From: Thermoproteota archaeon
Lineage (GTDB): Archaea > Korarchaeota > Korarchaeia > Korarchaeales > Korarchaeaceae
DNA: 51,290 nucleotides
NCBI GenBank assembly: GCA_015522685.1
Contig: WALU01000009.1
Location: 1-51,290, forward strand
Direction: 5' to 3'
Both the position numbers and the translations under genes were made by a program. The notes under the pieces are model-generated. The model worked only from the letters and a program-made list of their open reading frames with translations. It did not search any database and was not told the origin of the DNA. Of the stretch, positions 49,292 through 51,290 are shown piece after piece (within the stretch, counting starts at the first letter, position 1; each line of letters opens with the position of its first letter).

Positions 49292-51004
49292 TTACCCTCT
49301 AGATACCTTTGAGACAGTAGATAAATCTTCAATGAAGAATGTTGGGTCAGGCAAATAGTTCTTTACGTAGTCTCTAGTTACATGCTGAGCTATAACTTGG
49401 TAGAGGATCGCAAATGGACCATGATCAAGCATATAATCATCGATCTGGAGATAAAGCTGCTCTCTCTTCTTGGTATCAAATTCCACAGCAGCCTTCTCAA
49501 TGAGATCGGCTGAATGATTATCATACCAAGAGTTTCTCCAAGCAAGTTGGTGTACCCTGTAATCACCGAATGCCTTAGCATTATCATCCGGATCTGGATA
49601 ATCAGACCCCCATCCAGCAAGGACAAGCTGAAGGCCCTGCTTTCTATACTTTTCATACATCTCGGATTGCGTCATCTGGACTATCTTAACCTTAATTCCA
49701 CATTCTGCAAGATCTGATTGTATCTTTGTAGCTATATCTATCTGAGGATATGTTGGTGGTGTCGTTAGTTCTACTGAGAAGCCGTTAGGTACCCCAGCCT
49801 TGACAAGCAGTTCCTTGGCCTTGGCTATATCCTTATGATATGGAGTCTTTGGACTCGCACCCATTATTCCCTTTGGTATAATTGTCTGCCATTTAATCGC
49901 TGCCCCAAGCAGTATATCATTTACAATTCCATCGTAGTCTATACAGTATCTTATAGCATCCCTTACTTCCTCTTTATCTAAGGGTTTCACCGCTACATTC
50001 ATTCCTAAGTACTCTACAAACGTTTCTGCAGTCCTCACTGTATCTATTCCAGGCTGACCTTTTACTTGATTTACTTGTTCTGCAGTAAGATCTGTGGCTA
50101 TATCAATGTCTCCCTTCTTTATGAGGAGAAGCTGATCTGTTGGTTCAGGCACATGCTTAATTATTACCTTCTTAAGCTTCGGCTGTCCAGGCTTCCAGTA
50201 GTATGGATTAGCCACTAGGTCTATCTCAGCCTCTCTTGCCCATTTTGCCAGAACATAAGGTCCGCTACCAGCACTGTGGTCAGTCATCCAATCACTGCCC
50301 ATATCACCATTCTTAGCATGAGCTTCAGCAACTTTTCTATCTACTACTGCAGAGGTAGTGAAGGTCAAGGTAGATAGGAAGAAGCTAGGCGCTACAGGCT
50401 TATCTAAAGTTATTTTGACTGTATAGTCGTCGATTTTCTGTATCTGCTCTGGCTTTGATACAAATTGGGTAAGAACCCATGAAGCAGTTTGCTTGAGCTT
50501 TATGACTCTTTGGAGGGAGTATACTACATCATCCGCTGTTAAGGGATTACCGCTTGCGAACTTCACGCCCTTCCTTATATGAAAGGTCCAAACCTTCCCG
50601 TCAGGACTCACTTCCCAGCTTGTGGCAATTTCAGGCTTAATATGTACAAGATCAGGCAATTGATAGTCTACAAGTTTATCATAAATTTGATTTACTACAT
50701 AGCATGAGGAGAACTCATAGGCTCTAGCAGGATCCATTGAAACGGCATCAGAGGTATCCATGGCTATTACTAGAGTATCAGAAGGAGTTTTCATCTTAGA
50801 TATTGGCTTCGTGGTTGTTGTCGTTTTTGTAGTTGTAGCTGGTGGAGCTCCAGTGGTTTGAGTTACAGTAACAGTCTTTACAGATGTTTTTGTTGCAGTA
50901 ACGGTGGTAGTCTTAGCAGGTCCTGAGGCAACTGCAGCGAAGTAGCCTATTAGAAGGCCTACTATTAGAAGGATTATGAAGATTCCCCAATCCTTTCCAG
51001 TCAT
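49292..51004 (-). CDS. oppA: Family-5 peptide/nickel ABC substrate-binding protein with N-terminal anchor and Thr-rich linker
   Basis: SMDP, IYDKLV, FASGNPLTADDV, GSGPY and WGSDYPDPD motifs. Confidence 0.93.
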   Translation of the reverse strand: MTGKDWGIFIILLIVGLLIGYFAAVASGPAKTTTVTATKTSVKTVTVTQTTGAPPATTTKTTTTTKPISKMKTPSDTLVIAMDTSDAVSMDPARAYEFSSCYVVNQIYDKLVDYQLPDLVHIKPEIATSWEVSPDGKVWTFHIRKGVKFASGNPLTADDVVYSLQRVIKLKQTASWVLTQFVSKPEQIQKIDDYTVKITLDKPVAPSFFLSTLTFTTSAVVDRKVAEAHAKNGDMGSDWMTDHSAGSGPYVLAKWAREAEIDLVANPYYWKPGQPKLKKVIIKHVPEPTDQLLLIKKGDIDIATDLTAEQVNQVKGQPGIDTVRTAETFVEYLGMNVAVKPLDKEEVRDAIRYCIDYDGIVNDILLGAAIKWQTIIPKGIMGASPKTPYHKDIAKAKELLVKAGVPNGFSVELTTPPTYPQIDIATKIQSDLAECGIKVKIVQMTQSEMYEKYRKQGLQLVLAGWGSDYPDPDDNAKAFGDYRVHQLAWRNSWYDNHSADLIEKAAVEFDTKKREQLYLQIDDYMLDHGPFAILYQVIAQHVTRDYVKNYLPDPTFFIEDLSTVSKVSRG

Positions 51005-51248
51005 TCAATATCACCCCTAAGGATGTAAGACTTACCATTGCCATTAACAAATATAAGTTTTTATGTTTTAGGATTGTATCTATGTAATTATTATTAACTA
51101 AATCGTCTAGTATTCTCCATTATATTTCTTTTGAATTCGTCATTCGTCTATTCTAAAATAAATATATTGCCTTTAATTCATATAAGCTTATTAAAATTAT
51201 AAAAAATTAGTAAACGCTAAAGAATATAAGTTATTTGGGCCATAACAA

Positions 51249-51267
51249 TAATTCATAGGGTGAATTA
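51249..51267. promoter_or_regulatory. Palindrome TAATTCA-N5-TGAATTA; candidate transcription-factor site
   Basis: Perfect 7-bp inverted repeat with a 5-nt spacer in AT-rich DNA about 245 nt upstream of oppA. Confidence 0.35.
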
Positions 51268-51290
51268 GTAATTCCAATGATTCTTTATAT

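Noticed and set aside
3985-49717. Many 60-195 aa antisense or alternate-frame ORFs in the track (e.g. 4252-4668, 33226-33621, 36625-37212, 39998-40495, 47414-47740)
   Set aside because: They lie within well-supported genes, have the Ser/Ile/Leu/Pro-rich composition of shadow ORFs and carry no motifs.
50810-50915. Repetitive-looking GTT/GTA-rich DNA
   Set aside because: It encodes the Thr-rich linker of OppA; it is not an independent repeat or CRISPR array.
1-51290. tRNA, rRNA, CRISPR arrays, IS elements or integrases
   Set aside because: None seen by eye. T-loop-like strings (e.g. TTCGAATCC near 2137) fall inside coding sequence. A covariance-model scan would be needed to exclude small RNAs.

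Overview
A 51.3-kb AT-rich, gene-dense archaeal chromosome segment. GAGGTG-type Shine-Dalgarno (SD) sites, TATA-like promoters, a KaiC/RAD55 ATPase, an AmmeMemoRadiSam enzyme and a Trm9-like methyltransferase point to an archaeon. A thermophilic TACK/Korarchaeota-like lineage is my inference only. Most genes are housekeeping or amino-acid/peptide metabolism: thrS (bacterial type), serS, cysS, AlaX, an aroC/chorismate mutase-aminotransferase fusion/tyrA operon, speE, malic enzyme, a GlcD-like oxidase with an Fe-S partner, a ClC channel, a cysteine synthase-family enzyme, a dipeptide epimerase, lysA, phoU, a class-III aminotransferase and a complete Opp/Dpp ABC transporter. The main points of interest are four. 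(1) A tightly coupled operon of membrane-anchored unknown proteins at 10.1-13.8 kb, with a CARDB protein, pilin-like proteins, two small ORFs missing from the track and a VirB2/TedC-like pilin candidate. (2) An epimerase-lysA-class III PLP enzyme-Opp neighbourhood that could salvage bacterial murein peptides. (3) At least five heavily decayed pseudogenes in apparently intergenic DNA. (4) A dehydrogenase that seems to need an ATT start behind an SD-sequestering hairpin. I saw no rRNA, tRNA, CRISPR array or transposase. All calls come from manual motif reading; no database search was run.
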